In this document: positions 37,000 to 47,070 of the stretch, in pieces | How positions within the stretch are numbered: position 1 is the stretch's first letter | Layout: each line of letters begins with the position of its first letter | DNA from: an uncultured Clostridia bacterium | Lineage (GTDB): Bacteria > Bacillota > Clostridia > Christensenellales > DTU072 | DNA length: 64,000 bases | Assembly (NCBI GenBank): GCA_944349655.1 | Contig: CALVNL010000001.1 | Location: 51,809 to 115,808 of the forward strand | Direction of reading: 5' to 3' | Notes under the pieces: model-generated | Seen by the model: only the letters and a program-made list of their open reading frames with translations | The model's database searches: none | What the model was told of the DNA's origin: nothing | Made by a program: the position numbers and the translations under genes

Positions 37000-39900
37000 A
37001 TGCCCGTTCTGATAATATTGCTTGTGATAATATTGTTGTGTGCTTTTCTCGCAATGCGGAAAGAAAGGACTGACGTTGCCTATAACCGTATGAGAGAAAG
37101 CGACGAAGAGTCGCTGGGAGCTTTATTGACGGACGAATGCCGTCAGATGCGAAATTACGGAGAAGGGAGAGGAATAAAGCCCGTATTCCTGATTTCGGCC
37201 ATCAAAAAAGCCAATAAAATGATAAACGCCAAAATACGGCGGGAAGAACCGTTAAGCGAAGCCGAAAAGTGGTTTTATGAAAATTATTATCTGGTTTACA
37301 GGTACGTTTATTCGCCAAAAGATGACCTGAAAACGCTTCCGCACGTGGACGGAATTCCTCGAATAGTTAAAATTGCGGAGTATATAGTCAACAACTCGTT
37401 AAACAATTTAACCGAAACGGTAGTAAGAAACGCTTTGGAAAAAATAAAGAGTACGGTAAATCTTACTTATGCGGAATTGAAAGAATTTAACAACGCTTTG
37501 AGCTACGCTGCATTGGAACAGGCTTATATTCTGGCAAAAAGGCTGTTAAAACAGGATTATTACCGAAAGAAAGCTTATAAAGTAGGGTTTCGCGAAAAAT
37601 ATTTGAAAAGCGACGTCTACACTTATTATCTGTTCAGAACGGGAACGGTAAACGGCGCGATAGCAGAAAAGCTCAATCGTCTCGGCATAACCGAAAAAAA
37701 CGCTCTTATAAATTTTAACGGAATAACCGCATATAACGGAGCAATGGCAAAGACCGTATTCGGGTGCCTTCGCAAAATAAACGACTATGTACCTTTGCAT
37801 CTCGGACTGAGGTATCTTGCCTCATACAGAATACTCTCCCGTAAAACCGACCCTGAAAAACTTTCCTTACGCACCCGATTGTCTTATTTCGAAAAATTGG
37901 AAAAAACGGCTGAAAGCACTAAGGTAAGCGAGGCTTACGCCGCCGAAAAACTCTTAGAATACGCCGATAAAAAAGACGTTGACGTATCGGTAGTGCTGTA
38001 TGACGGGATAAAAGGATTAAAAAAATATATCAAAAGGGGAACGGTTTCCGGAAAAACCGTTTTTAACGGTAAACTCAGGCAGACGGCTTACGTCCTTTCA
38101 ATAGTTTTAACGTCGTTGATTTCAAGCGTTATCGCAGGTATTTACGTTCATCCTGCGGTAGGAGTATTCTCGTTTATACCGCTTACGCTCGTTGCGGAAA
38201 ATATAGTGAATTACCTTTTGTCCCATACTGCCGACGATTTTCGCACCCCGCAAATGAATTTTGAAAAAGTGCCGACCGAACATAAAATAATGGTGGTTGT
38301 AAGCGAATTTATCTCGGGATTAGAGCATTTTAAGGAGAGTTTGCGGCATCTGGAGGAGTTAAGCGCGTCGAACGGTGAGGAAAACGTACAGGTGGTTATG
38401 CTTGCCGATATAAAAGGAGGAAAAACGCCTTATTCCGAAGCGGACAGGGAAATACTCGAATTTCTTTCAGACTACCGCCCCGAGGAGAAAATAAACGTAT
38501 TTATACGCAAAAAAGAGTTTATTAACGGAAAATATCAGGGGAAAGAAAGGAAACGCGGTGCGCTCGACGCATTGAATAAATTACTGGTTACGGGCAACGA
38601 AGAGGATTTTGCTTACGTTTACGACCGCAATTACGCCATTCCCGAATATATAGTCGCATTGGACGCCGATAACCGTCTTTTACCGGGTGAAGTGAGAGAA
38701 ATGGCGAATATGATGGCGCACCCTTATAATAAAAAATACGATTTACTAGCTTTTCACAGTAAATATGATCTATATTCGCTGAAAACCGCTTATTCCAAAA
38801 GATTTTCAGAAGAGTCCGGGTGCGAAGTATATCCTTCTTTTACCACGCTTTTCGTAAAACTTTTCCGCAGGGACGTTTATTGCGGGAAAGGAATCTACAG
38901 ACTCAGGAATTTTTACAACAAAACCGCTCAGGTTTTTCCTTCGGGAAAAATACTGTCGCACGACATAATAGAAGGAAGCGTGACGGTAACGGGAGGAGGA
39001 AGCACGGTTTTCGAGGAAGCACCGAAAGGATTTTTGTCAGACAGAGAACGTAGAAAAAGATGGTTGCGAGGCGACGTACAATTACTTCCTTTTGCCGACG
39101 GACGGTGGAAAAACGACGCGTCAAACAAGGTGAGAACGGAGATAGAACCGCTTTACGGATATTTAATGCTAAAAAACGCTTTTGCACCGTTTAAGGAATT
39201 AAGTTTGCTGTTTTTATTGATTTTTTCACTTATAATAGGGCAAACTACCGCTATTGTTTTTTCCGCGGCCCTTTTCATAGCGCCTTACCTTGTGAACCAA
39301 ATAAAGATTTTGCGGGGACTTGCAGGCGGCGTATTACCGTATTATCTTATAAAAGACACTTTGAAAAACGTCTTTTTGGCGGCAGAAGACTTTTTTATGC
39401 TCGGTTACTATGCCTTCGACAATTCTCTTGCCGTGATTACCACGCTCGGGAGAATGTTGAGCGGTAAAAAATTATTGGAATGGAAAACTTATTACAGTTC
39501 TCAATCCGCTGCGGAAATGAGTTCTTATGCGAGGGAATTTACTTTAACTACCGTATTGCTTGCCGTTATATCGATAGTATGGTTGATTTTTGATATCAAA
39601 GGGCTTTATTTATGCTTTTATACCCTTATAACTCCGCTCGTTTATTCGGAATTGTATCTTTTGTCGACTACTTCGTCGGAAAGAAAAACTCTTTCCGAAA
39701 AGAAGACGGAAGACCTTAAGCGATATGCTCAAAGGACTTATAAATTCTTTTCCTATATGCAGAGCGAAGGTTATCTTATAGCCGATAATTTGCAGATTAA
39801 GCCTTATAAAGGCTGCGCTTCGACTACTTCTCCAACCAATATAGGTTTCAGCCTTTTAGCGGAAATTTGCGGCTGTAAACTGGGATTCGTGACGGCAAAC

Positions 39901-42900
39901 GAAGCGTGCCACAATATCAATATGATACTCGACGAAGTAAAAAAACTTCCGCTATGGAAGGGGAATTTATACAATTGGTATAACCTCAATACCAAAAAGC
40001 CGGTCAGCAATTTCATTTCCAGCGTGGACAGTGGAAATTTTGTGGCTTGCTTGTATGCTGTGAAGGAGTTTTTCAAGGAAAACTACGATAAAATAGGGGA
40101 ATTAAAAGCCGACCTTATGATAGTAAACACCGATTTGAAAGCCTTATACGACGAAAACGAAAATCTGTTCTATATAGGTTTCGACGGAGAGAAATACGTC
40201 GGACATTACGACCTGATGAATTCCGAAGCAAGGATATTAAGCACGCTTTATATCGCGCAAAGCCGCGATACGGAACACTTCCGATGCTTGCAAAGGGATT
40301 ACGCTTCCATAGGCGGCAATGTATTGCTGAGCTGGAGCGGGACGGCTTTCGAAGCGTTGATGCCCGATATCTTTTTCCCGACGCCCGAAAAATCGGTATT
40401 CGGAAACACCTCGCTTCGCACGGCAAAAATTCAAAGCCAAACAAAATACTGTTCGCTGTGGGGGATAAGCGAAAGCGGATATTATGCTTTCGACGAAGAG
40501 CTGCGATACCAGTACTACGCTTTCGGAATTAACAAGTTAGCTTTACGCAACGAAAAAAACAAAGGGGTTATAAGTCCCTACGCATCGGCTTTGTGTATCA
40601 ACGAGTTGCCCGAAGAAGTTTACGATAATTTGCATCTTGCCGAACAGAACGGACTATTTCAGGAATACGGTTTTTACGAGAGCGTCGATTGCGAGGGGAA
40701 GCAACGTGTAGTGGCTTCCTATATGGCGCATCATCAAGGAATGTTGCTTGCTTCATTAACTAATTTTCTCGCAGAAAATTATATACAAAAATTGATGTGT
40801 AAAAATCTGAAATTGTCCTCTGCGCTAACAATTTACAACGAAAATGTGCCTCGTGTAGCTTTTGGTTTAAAAAATAATGAAAAGCGTAAAAATATACCTT
40901 TACAGAAAGAGGATTATTATAAAATCAATACTAAAATAGAACAATACTTCCAAACGGGAGTGTTATCGGATACACAATATTCTGTAATACTCAATGCTTT
41001 TGGAGGAGGTTTAAGTAAATATTACGACGTAATTATCAATCGTTTTTTTGGAGTTTATGAAGAAAACGACGGTGCCTTTTTTATGGTTAAAGATAAGGAC
41101 GGTAAGTGGAATTCTCCCACGTTTTTACCTTTCGGCGGGAATACGGAGGACTATGTTTTTTCGATATCGCAGTCTGAAATAATTCACGAAAATATAAAGT
41201 CAAGACTAAAGCAGGAAGTAACCTTACTGGACGGTATGAGCGGCGAAATAAGAAAACTTACCTCGCCCAAAGGAGAAGTTTGTTTCTTTTTACCCCTTGC
41301 ATTGAATACTCTCAACGGGTTCCGTTCACATCCTGCCTTCAACGGTTTGTTTTGCGAAACCTACGTTAAAGACGACGTACTTTACATTAAACGTAGAAAA
41401 ACCGAAAGTGTCGGAAAGGATTTTTATCTCGGCGTAAAGGTTATCGGCGTTGAGAATTTGCAATGGGAAACCAACGCGGGAAATTATCTCGGAAGAGCGT
41501 CTTCTTTAGCCGAAGCCGAGATTCTTTCGGGCAGTAAGAAGAGATATCCGTCGCTTGGAGACGTTCTCAATCCTTGTATAGGTTTCAAAGGACGCACCGA
41601 GGGGGAGTGTCAGGTTGCAATAGTCTTCGGCGAGGAGGAAAACGAATGCGTCGACGCCTTGAAATCGTTGCCCGACGATATGTATTCTTATGCCGTTAAT
41701 TTTATGCATAAAAACGTAATCAATAAAAATACGGGAGACGTTTTGTCGGAACTTCTTTACGTTCCTTACAGACACGATTTGTTGGACGAACTCGTCACTT
41801 CCGGAAAAAAGGATTTATTTGCGCAAAATACTTCATTCCGTAAGCTCATTGTGTATTATTTTAACGAAAGCGGAAAAGGTTTTACGGATTTTCTGAAAGT
41901 TGCTTTGGATCTGAACGTGTTGAGGCAGGACGTTTGTTACGCCGTCGTGGTAGGTAAAGGCCTTCCCGACTCGGTAAGAGCTCACGTCGAGTCTCATCTT
42001 AAAGCCTTCCTCGTTAAAAATTTCCTCATAGTAGGAGAAGATTATCCGCTTCTGAAATACGCTTTTCTGACTTTCAATTCCGATATGACTTTTAATCGGA
42101 GCAAATTTTCTTTCGGGAAGGATTTTCTTTTGAAAAACGAAGAAAGAGCTTGCGTTTTAAGCGAAGACGATTTTTCCGAACAGTTGCACGGAAAAGAATT
42201 ATTCTTTTCGGGCAAAGGCGGTTTCGACGAAAACGACGATTACGTTTCGGACGCGGAATACGACGGTCTGCCTTATTCCGACGTGATTTGTTCCGAACAC
42301 GGCGGAATGGTGATAACCGATAACGGCGGAGGATTTTATTATTTCGGAAATTCTCGCGAAAACAAGATGACGAGATTCGATAACGATTACGTAACAGATT
42401 GCGGAGGGGAATATATTTATCTCAGAACGGACGGGGAGTTGTACCGACTCGGCGGCAGAGGCAAGGACCGTTATTCGGTTTTCGGCAAAGGCGAATATAA
42501 ATTCGTCAGAAAAAACCACCGCTTTTCTGCCGTTTTGAAATACAATACCTTGTGCGAAGGCAGAGCAAGACTTATCAAAGCGGAAATAAACGTAAGCGGA
42601 GACGGACATTTTGAATTGTGTTACGGATTTTTCCCTGCGCTTAATTGGGTTTATGAGCCTGATTTCATATATTTCAAGCAGGAAAACGAGGTTATCACGG
42701 TGCACAACGTCAGGAACGGACAAACGCTTTACGTTAAAATGATGACGACAAAACCCGAAAATCTGTCTTTCATCAATCCGAAAGAAAGGCAACCTTATTT
42801 TGAATATTTCGGCGAAGGCAAAGAAGAAATATATATTCTTTCCACGCAGGATTACGGAGTGTTGCATTCCGTGACGAGGGAAAACGTTTCAATGCTTGCC

Positions 42901-44397
42901 GAAAGAGATAAAATCAATATTTCTTACGCTTCAGCTTTCGACATAGCTTCTCCCGTAAGAAGTTTCAATATATTGGTAAGAAATCTTCCTTATCAGATAC
43001 TTTCGTCCCGAATTTACGGTAAGACAGGTTTTTATCAAGTCGGGGGAGCTACGGGTTTCAGGGATCAACTACAGGACGTAACGGCATTTTTACAAAGCCG
43101 CCCCGATATGGTAAGACGGCAGATTCTCTACTCCGCGGCAAGACAATATGCAGAAGGCGACGTAATGCACTGGTGGCATCATCCGAAATTCGGATTACGT
43201 TCCCGTATTACCGACGATAAGCTTTTCCTGCCTTTAGTGGCGTCCGAATATGCTTCTTTTACAGGCGATAAAGAGATTTTTTCGGAAATTATTCCTTATC
43301 TCGATTCTCCGAAACTTTCCGATAACGAAAAGTCCCGTTTTGAGAATCCGCCTTATTCCGAACGGAGAGGAACGTTGGAAGAACACTGCATTCTTGCAAT
43401 AAAAAGCGCTTTAAGTTACGGAAAACACGGACTTTTGGTAATGGGGAGCGGAGACTGGAACGACGGAATGGACGAAATTTGTGCCGAAGGCAGAGGCGAA
43501 AGCGTTTTTAATTCGATGCTTGCGTATCTCACTATCAAGAAGTTTTTGCCTTATTGTCACGATAAAGCGTCGGAACTGGACAGAATAGCCGAAGAACTTA
43601 AATCGGCGGTGAATACCTTTGCTTTCGAAACGGACAGGTATAAGCGACTATACAGCGACGACGGCAGATGGCTTGGGGCAAAAGGTTGTGATACGCTTGA
43701 ACTGGATTTGCTCGTTCAAAGTTTTGCCGTCATAAGCGGTGTTGCGGAAGGAGAGAGAGCGGAAACCGTTTTAGACGTATGTCGTTCGCTGATAGACGAA
43801 AAAGCCGGAATTATCCGTTTACTCGATCCTCCGTCGGATAAAAACGATTATCTCGGCTATATCTCGGCTTACCCGAAAGGAGTCAGAGAAAACGGAGGAC
43901 AATATACCCATGCTGCTATGTGGTATCTCATTGCGCTGACGCATATCGGCAGGCAGGAAGAAGCGTTCCGACTTTTTCAGATGATAAATCCCGTTGAAAA
44001 GTGCCGTGATAAGGAAAAATCGGCTCGATATATGGGAGAACCTTTCGTGCTGAGCGGCGACGTCTATTTTAATAAAGACAACTACGGCAGAATGGGATGG
44101 AGTTGGTACACCGGAAGCGCCGCCTGGGCGTTCCGACTCATAACGGAAAACTTTTTCGGTATACGCAGACAGGGGGAATATCTTACGATAAAGCCTTCTT
44201 TACCGAGAGCTTTGGACGGGACCGTGATAACTTACAGGTATGCCGACAGCGTGTATCTGATAGAATACCGAATAGGCGATAAAAACCTTATTACCGTGGA
44301 CGGGGTGGAACAAAACGCCTTCCGCTTCAAACTTGAAAAAAACAAGAGAGAAAAAATAGTAGTGGAGACCCTTCCCGAAAAACTTTCCGCCGAATGA
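37000..44397 (+). CDS. cyclic beta-1,2-glucan synthase-like multidomain protein (TM + GT84-like + glucanase-like alpha-barrel + GH94-like phosphorylase)
   Basis: 2,465 codons from ATG 37000 (GAGGA SD 5 nt upstream; the track uses GTG 36988). GT84-type motifs: LDADN (38659-38673), SHDIIEG (38956-38976), RWLRGDVQ (39058-39081). Middle module: TSPTNIGF, SSVDSGNF, WGISESGYY, YMAHHQGM. C-terminal GH94-type motifs: FRDQLQD (43057-43077), HWWHH (43168-43182), GSGDWNDGMD (43444-43473), ENGGQYTHAAMW (43888-43923). Multiple TM segments flank the GT module. Confidence 0.85.
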   Translation: MPVLIILLVIILLCAFLAMRKERTDVAYNRMRESDEESLGALLTDECRQMRNYGEGRGIKPVFLISAIKKANKMINAKIRREEPLSEAEKWFYENYYLVYRYVYSPKDDLKTLPHVDGIPRIVKIAEYIVNNSLNNLTETVVRNALEKIKSTVNLTYAELKEFNNALSYAALEQAYILAKRLLKQDYYRKKAYKVGFREKYLKSDVYTYYLFRTGTVNGAIAEKLNRLGITEKNALINFNGITAYNGAMAKTVFGCLRKINDYVPLHLGLRYLASYRILSRKTDPEKLSLRTRLSYFEKLEKTAESTKVSEAYAAEKLLEYADKKDVDVSVVLYDGIKGLKKYIKRGTVSGKTVFNGKLRQTAYVLSIVLTSLISSVIAGIYVHPAVGVFSFIPLTLVAENIVNYLLSHTADDFRTPQMNFEKVPTEHKIMVVVSEFISGLEHFKESLRHLEELSASNGEENVQVVMLADIKGGKTPYSEADREILEFLSDYRPEEKINVFIRKKEFINGKYQGKERKRGALDALNKLLVTGNEEDFAYVYDRNYAIPEYIVALDADNRLLPGEVREMANMMAHPYNKKYDLLAFHSKYDLYSLKTAYSKRFSEESGCEVYPSFTTLFVKLFRRDVYCGKGIYRLRNFYNKTAQVFPSGKILSHDIIEGSVTVTGGGSTVFEEAPKGFLSDRERRKRWLRGDVQLLPFADGRWKNDASNKVRTEIEPLYGYLMLKNAFAPFKELSLLFLLIFSLIIGQTTAIVFSAALFIAPYLVNQIKILRGLAGGVLPYYLIKDTLKNVFLAAEDFFMLGYYAFDNSLAVITTLGRMLSGKKLLEWKTYYSSQSAAEMSSYAREFTLTTVLLAVISIVWLIFDIKGLYLCFYTLITPLVYSELYLLSTTSSERKTLSEKKTEDLKRYAQRTYKFFSYMQSEGYLIADNLQIKPYKGCASTTSPTNIGFSLLAEICGCKLGFVTANEACHNINMILDEVKKLPLWKGNLYNWYNLNTKKPVSNFISSVDSGNFVACLYAVKEFFKENYDKIGELKADLMIVNTDLKALYDENENLFYIGFDGEKYVGHYDLMNSEARILSTLYIAQSRDTEHFRCLQRDYASIGGNVLLSWSGTAFEALMPDIFFPTPEKSVFGNTSLRTAKIQSQTKYCSLWGISESGYYAFDEELRYQYYAFGINKLALRNEKNKGVISPYASALCINELPEEVYDNLHLAEQNGLFQEYGFYESVDCEGKQRVVASYMAHHQGMLLASLTNFLAENYIQKLMCKNLKLSSALTIYNENVPRVAFGLKNNEKRKNIPLQKEDYYKINTKIEQYFQTGVLSDTQYSVILNAFGGGLSKYYDVIINRFFGVYEENDGAFFMVKDKDGKWNSPTFLPFGGNTEDYVFSISQSEIIHENIKSRLKQEVTLLDGMSGEIRKLTSPKGEVCFFLPLALNTLNGFRSHPAFNGLFCETYVKDDVLYIKRRKTESVGKDFYLGVKVIGVENLQWETNAGNYLGRASSLAEAEILSGSKKRYPSLGDVLNPCIGFKGRTEGECQVAIVFGEEENECVDALKSLPDDMYSYAVNFMHKNVINKNTGDVLSELLYVPYRHDLLDELVTSGKKDLFAQNTSFRKLIVYYFNESGKGFTDFLKVALDLNVLRQDVCYAVVVGKGLPDSVRAHVESHLKAFLVKNFLIVGEDYPLLKYAFLTFNSDMTFNRSKFSFGKDFLLKNEERACVLSEDDFSEQLHGKELFFSGKGGFDENDDYVSDAEYDGLPYSDVICSEHGGMVITDNGGGFYYFGNSRENKMTRFDNDYVTDCGGEYIYLRTDGELYRLGGRGKDRYSVFGKGEYKFVRKNHRFSAVLKYNTLCEGRARLIKAEINVSGDGHFELCYGFFPALNWVYEPDFIYFKQENEVITVHNVRNGQTLYVKMMTTKPENLSFINPKERQPYFEYFGEGKEEIYILSTQDYGVLHSVTRENVSMLAERDKINISYASAFDIASPVRSFNILVRNLPYQILSSRIYGKTGFYQVGGATGFRDQLQDVTAFLQSRPDMVRRQILYSAARQYAEGDVMHWWHHPKFGLRSRITDDKLFLPLVASEYASFTGDKEIFSEIIPYLDSPKLSDNEKSRFENPPYSERRGTLEEHCILAIKSALSYGKHGLLVMGSGDWNDGMDEICAEGRGESVFNSMLAYLTIKKFLPYCHDKASELDRIAEELKSAVNTFAFETDRYKRLYSDDGRWLGAKGCDTLELDLLVQSFAVISGVAEGERAETVLDVCRSLIDEKAGIIRLLDPPSDKNDYLGYISAYPKGVRENGGQYTHAAMWYLIALTHIGRQEEAFRLFQMINPVEKCRDKEKSARYMGEPFVLSGDVYFNKDNYGRMGWSWYTGSAAWAFRLITENFFGIRRQGEYLTIKPSLPRALDGTVITYRYADSVYLIEYRIGDKNLITVDGVEQNAFRFKLEKNKREKIVVETLPEKLSAE

Positions 44398-44435
44398 ATA
44401 TCCGATAAGGAAAGCCCTATCGTTAAAAAATTAGG

Positions 44436-44464
44436 TTGACTTTATCGGATAATGTAATTATTAT
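44436..44464 (+). promoter_or_regulatory. sigma-A promoter abutting the rarA ATG
   Basis: TTGACT (44436-44441), 17 nt, TATTAT (44459-44464). The ATG at 44471 is 6 nt downstream and there is no SD. Confidence 0.5.
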
Positions 44465-44470
44465 ATAGAT

Positions 44471-45745
44471 ATGGATTTATTCGATATGAATCGCACGTCC
44501 AACGCTCCGCTTGCGGAAAGAATGAGGTGCGAGGAACTGAAAGATTTTATCGGACAGGAACATCTGGTGGGGGAAGGGTGCCTTTTACGCAGGGCTATTA
44601 TTGCCGACAGGCTGGGAAGCTGTATTTTTTACGGACCGCCGGGGACAGGCAAAACCACTCTCGCTCACATTATCGCCAATGCCACAAAATCCAACTACGT
44701 TTATCTGAACGCAGTCAGCAGCGGAGTCGCCGAAGCGAAAGACGTAATCGAAAAAGCAAAAAAAGAACTGGCTTTTTACGGTAGAAAAACTTATTTGCTT
44801 TTAGACGAATGTCACCGCTGGAACAAAGCTCAGTCCGACTGCGTGTTGGGCGCTATGGAAAAAGGCGAAATAATTTTTATAGGAAGCACTACCGAAAATC
44901 CTTATGTAAGTATGACGAGAGCGATCGTTTCGCGTTGCAGGATATTTTCTTTCCGTCCGCTTACCTCCGATAATATAAAACAAGGTATCGCCAGAGCTTT
45001 ACGCGACAAAACCAACGGTTTGGGAAATTACGACGTCGTTATCGACGATGACGCGATAAATCAGTTCGTTTACGCGTCCAACGGCGATATGCGGGTTGCG
45101 CTCAATTCCTTGGAGCTTGCCGTATTGAGTACGCCTTCGGACAAAGACGGCAAAATCACCGTAACGAAGGATATAGCGGCGCAATCCACGCAAAAACCGG
45201 TTATATCTTTGGATGAGTCGGCTTATTACGATATTATCAGCGCATTTTGTAAATCTTTACGAGGAAGCGATCCCGACGCGGCGATATATTACGCAATGCG
45301 TCTTATTACCGCAGGAGCGGATCCGATGCTGGTATGTCGCAGGCTTATAGTTCATTCCGCCGAAGACGTGGGACTTGCCGACCCCATGGCGTTGAATATT
45401 GCCGTAAACGCTACGCTTGCCATGGAAAGGCTGGGGCTTCCCGAAGGGCGTATTCCGCTTACCGAGGCTATTATATACGTTTGTAAGGCGCCTAAGTCCA
45501 ACAGCGTGGTAAACGCTTTGTATTCGGCTGTCGCAAAAGCAGAGGAAGGACACGACGAAGTCCCGACTTATTTAAGAGACAATCACTACCGCTCGGACAA
45601 GGATACGTCATACAAATATCCGCACGATTACGGCGGTTATGTCGAACAGCAATATTTGCCCGACGATATAAAAAACGAAAAATTTTACATACCCGGAGAA
45701 AACGGGGAAGAAAAAAATTATAAAAATTTATGGAGGATAACATGA
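44471..45745 (+). CDS. rarA: replication-associated recombination protein A (MgsA/RarA AAA+ ATPase)
   Basis: Walker [12 protein letters not shown], Walker [12 protein letters not shown], and an MgsA C-terminal region with [13 protein letters not shown]. Confidence 0.9.
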   Translation: MDLFDMNRTSNAPLAERMRCEELKDFIGQEHLVGEGCLLRRAIIADRLGSCIFYGPPGTGKTTLAHIIANATKSNYVYLNAVSSGVAEAKDVIEKAKKELAFYGRKTYLLLDECHRWNKAQSDCVLGAMEKGEIIFIGSTTENPYVSMTRAIVSRCRIFSFRPLTSDNIKQGIARALRDKTNGLGNYDVVIDDDAINQFVYASNGDMRVALNSLELAVLSTPSDKDGKITVTKDIAAQSTQKPVISLDESAYYDIISAFCKSLRGSDPDAAIYYAMRLITAGADPMLVCRRLIVHSAEDVGLADPMALNIAVNATLAMERLGLPEGRIPLTEAIIYVCKAPKSNSVVNALYSAVAKAEEGHDEVPTYLRDNHYRSDKDTSYKYPHDYGGYVEQQYLPDDIKNEKFYIPGENGEEKNYKNLWRIT

Positions 45746-46278
45746 AAGAACTCAAAGGAAGTCAAACCGAAAAAAATCTGTGGACGGCGTTTGCCGGGGA
45801 AAGCCAGGCTCGTAACAAATACGATTATTTTGCGTCCAGAGCAAAAAAAGACGGATATGAACAAATAGCCGCATTTTTTGCAGAAACCGCAAATAACGAA
45901 AAAGAACACGCCAAAATATGGTTCAAACTCTTACAGGGCATTAACGGAACCGAACAGAATCTTTCCGACGCCGCAGCAGGCGAAAACTACGAATGGACGG
46001 ATATGTACGCCGGATTTGCAAAGGTTGCAAGGGAAGAAGGTTTCGATTACATAGCCGAACTTTTCGAAGGCGTAGCCGCTATCGAAAAAGATCACGAGGA
46101 AAGATATAAGAAGTTACTTTCCAACATCAAAGACGGCAGCGTATTCGTAAGAAACGGAAAACTCGCCTGGAAATGCCGTAACTGCGGCAACGTCGTATAT
46201 GCCGACGCCGCTCCCGAAGTTTGTCCCGTTTGCTCTCATCCCAGAGCTTATTACGAAATCAAATCCGAAAATTATTGA
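45742..46278 (+). CDS. rbr: rubrerythrin
   Basis: Ferritin-like diiron ExxH motifs (NEKEH, IEKDHEE) and a C-terminal rubredoxin CRNCG...CPVC. ATG 45742 has a GGAGG SD and an ATGA overlap with rarA. Confidence 0.9.
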   Translation: MKELKGSQTEKNLWTAFAGESQARNKYDYFASRAKKDGYEQIAAFFAETANNEKEHAKIWFKLLQGINGTEQNLSDAAAGENYEWTDMYAGFAKVAREEGFDYIAELFEGVAAIEKDHEERYKKLLSNIKDGSVFVRNGKLAWKCRNCGNVVYADAAPEVCPVCSHPRAYYEIKSENY

Positions 46279-46295
46279 TTTTAGTCTTTTTGCCA

Positions 46296-46320
46296 CGGGG
46301 AGAAGTGACTCTTCTCCCCG
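46296..46320 (+). other. GC-rich perfect hairpin after rbr with no U-tract
   Basis: 10-bp stem cggggagaag / cttctccccg, loop tgact, followed by aaaataaata rather than a T-run. Confidence 0.6.
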
Positions 46321-46332
46321 AAAATAAATATT

Positions 46333-47070
46333 ATGATAGAAATTAAAAATCTTACAAAATGCTATGCAAAATCCTCCGTTAAAGCGGTGGAGGATTTAAC
46401 CTTGACCGTGAAAGAAGGTGAAATATACGGTTTTCTCGGACCGAACGGGGCGGGAAAATCCACCACCATAAAATGTTTGACGGGGATACTTCCTTTTACC
46501 GAAGGAAGCATCCATATATGCGGGGTCAATCTTAAAGAATGTCCCGTGGAAGCGAAAACTCATATAGGATTTGTACCCGACGAACACGTTTTATACGAAT
46601 CTTTGACGGGATTTCAATATATAGAATTTATTGCGGACGTTTTTAACGTGCCTGTCGATAAAAGAAAAGAACTACTGGAAAAATACGCCGCGTCTTTCGG
46701 GATGAGCGATAAGCTCCAGGACAAAATTTCATCGTATTCACACGGAATGAAGCAAAAAATAAGCATAATTTCCGCATTGATACACGAGCCTGACGTACTT
46801 ATATTAGACGAACCGATGACGGGACTCGACCCTAAGTCCAGTTTTGAACTGAAACAGATTATGAAAGAATATGCCGAGCAAGGAAAGACGGTTTTCTTTT
46901 CCTCGCACGTACTGGAAGTAGTGGAAAAAATCTGCACGTCAATTGCCATTATAAATAAAGGAAAGCTGGTTACCGAATTCAGTATTCACGAATTACAGGA
47001 GAAAAAAGCCGATACCAATTTAGAAGAATTTTTCCTGAAACTAACATCGGACGGTGAGGGCAATGAGTAA
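46333..47070 (+). CDS. ABC transporter ATP-binding protein
   Basis: Walker A GPNGAGKST, signature-like YSHGMKQK, Walker B VLILDEP. Confidence 0.9.
   Translation: MIEIKNLTKCYAKSSVKAVEDLTLTVKEGEIYGFLGPNGAGKSTTIKCLTGILPFTEGSIHICGVNLKECPVEAKTHIGFVPDEHVLYESLTGFQYIEFIADVFNVPVDKRKELLEKYAASFGMSDKLQDKISSYSHGMKQKISIISALIHEPDVLILDEPMTGLDPKSSFELKQIMKEYAEQGKTVFFSSHVLEVVEKICTSIAIINKGKLVTEFSIHELQEKKADTNLEEFFLKLTSDGEGNE

Noticed and set aside
44401-44449. 8-bp inverted repeat tccgataa ... ttatcgga flanking the region after the giant gene.
   Set aside because: The arms are short and 33 nt apart with no U-tract, so it is not a convincing terminator or operator on its own. I mention it only as context for the rarA promoter.
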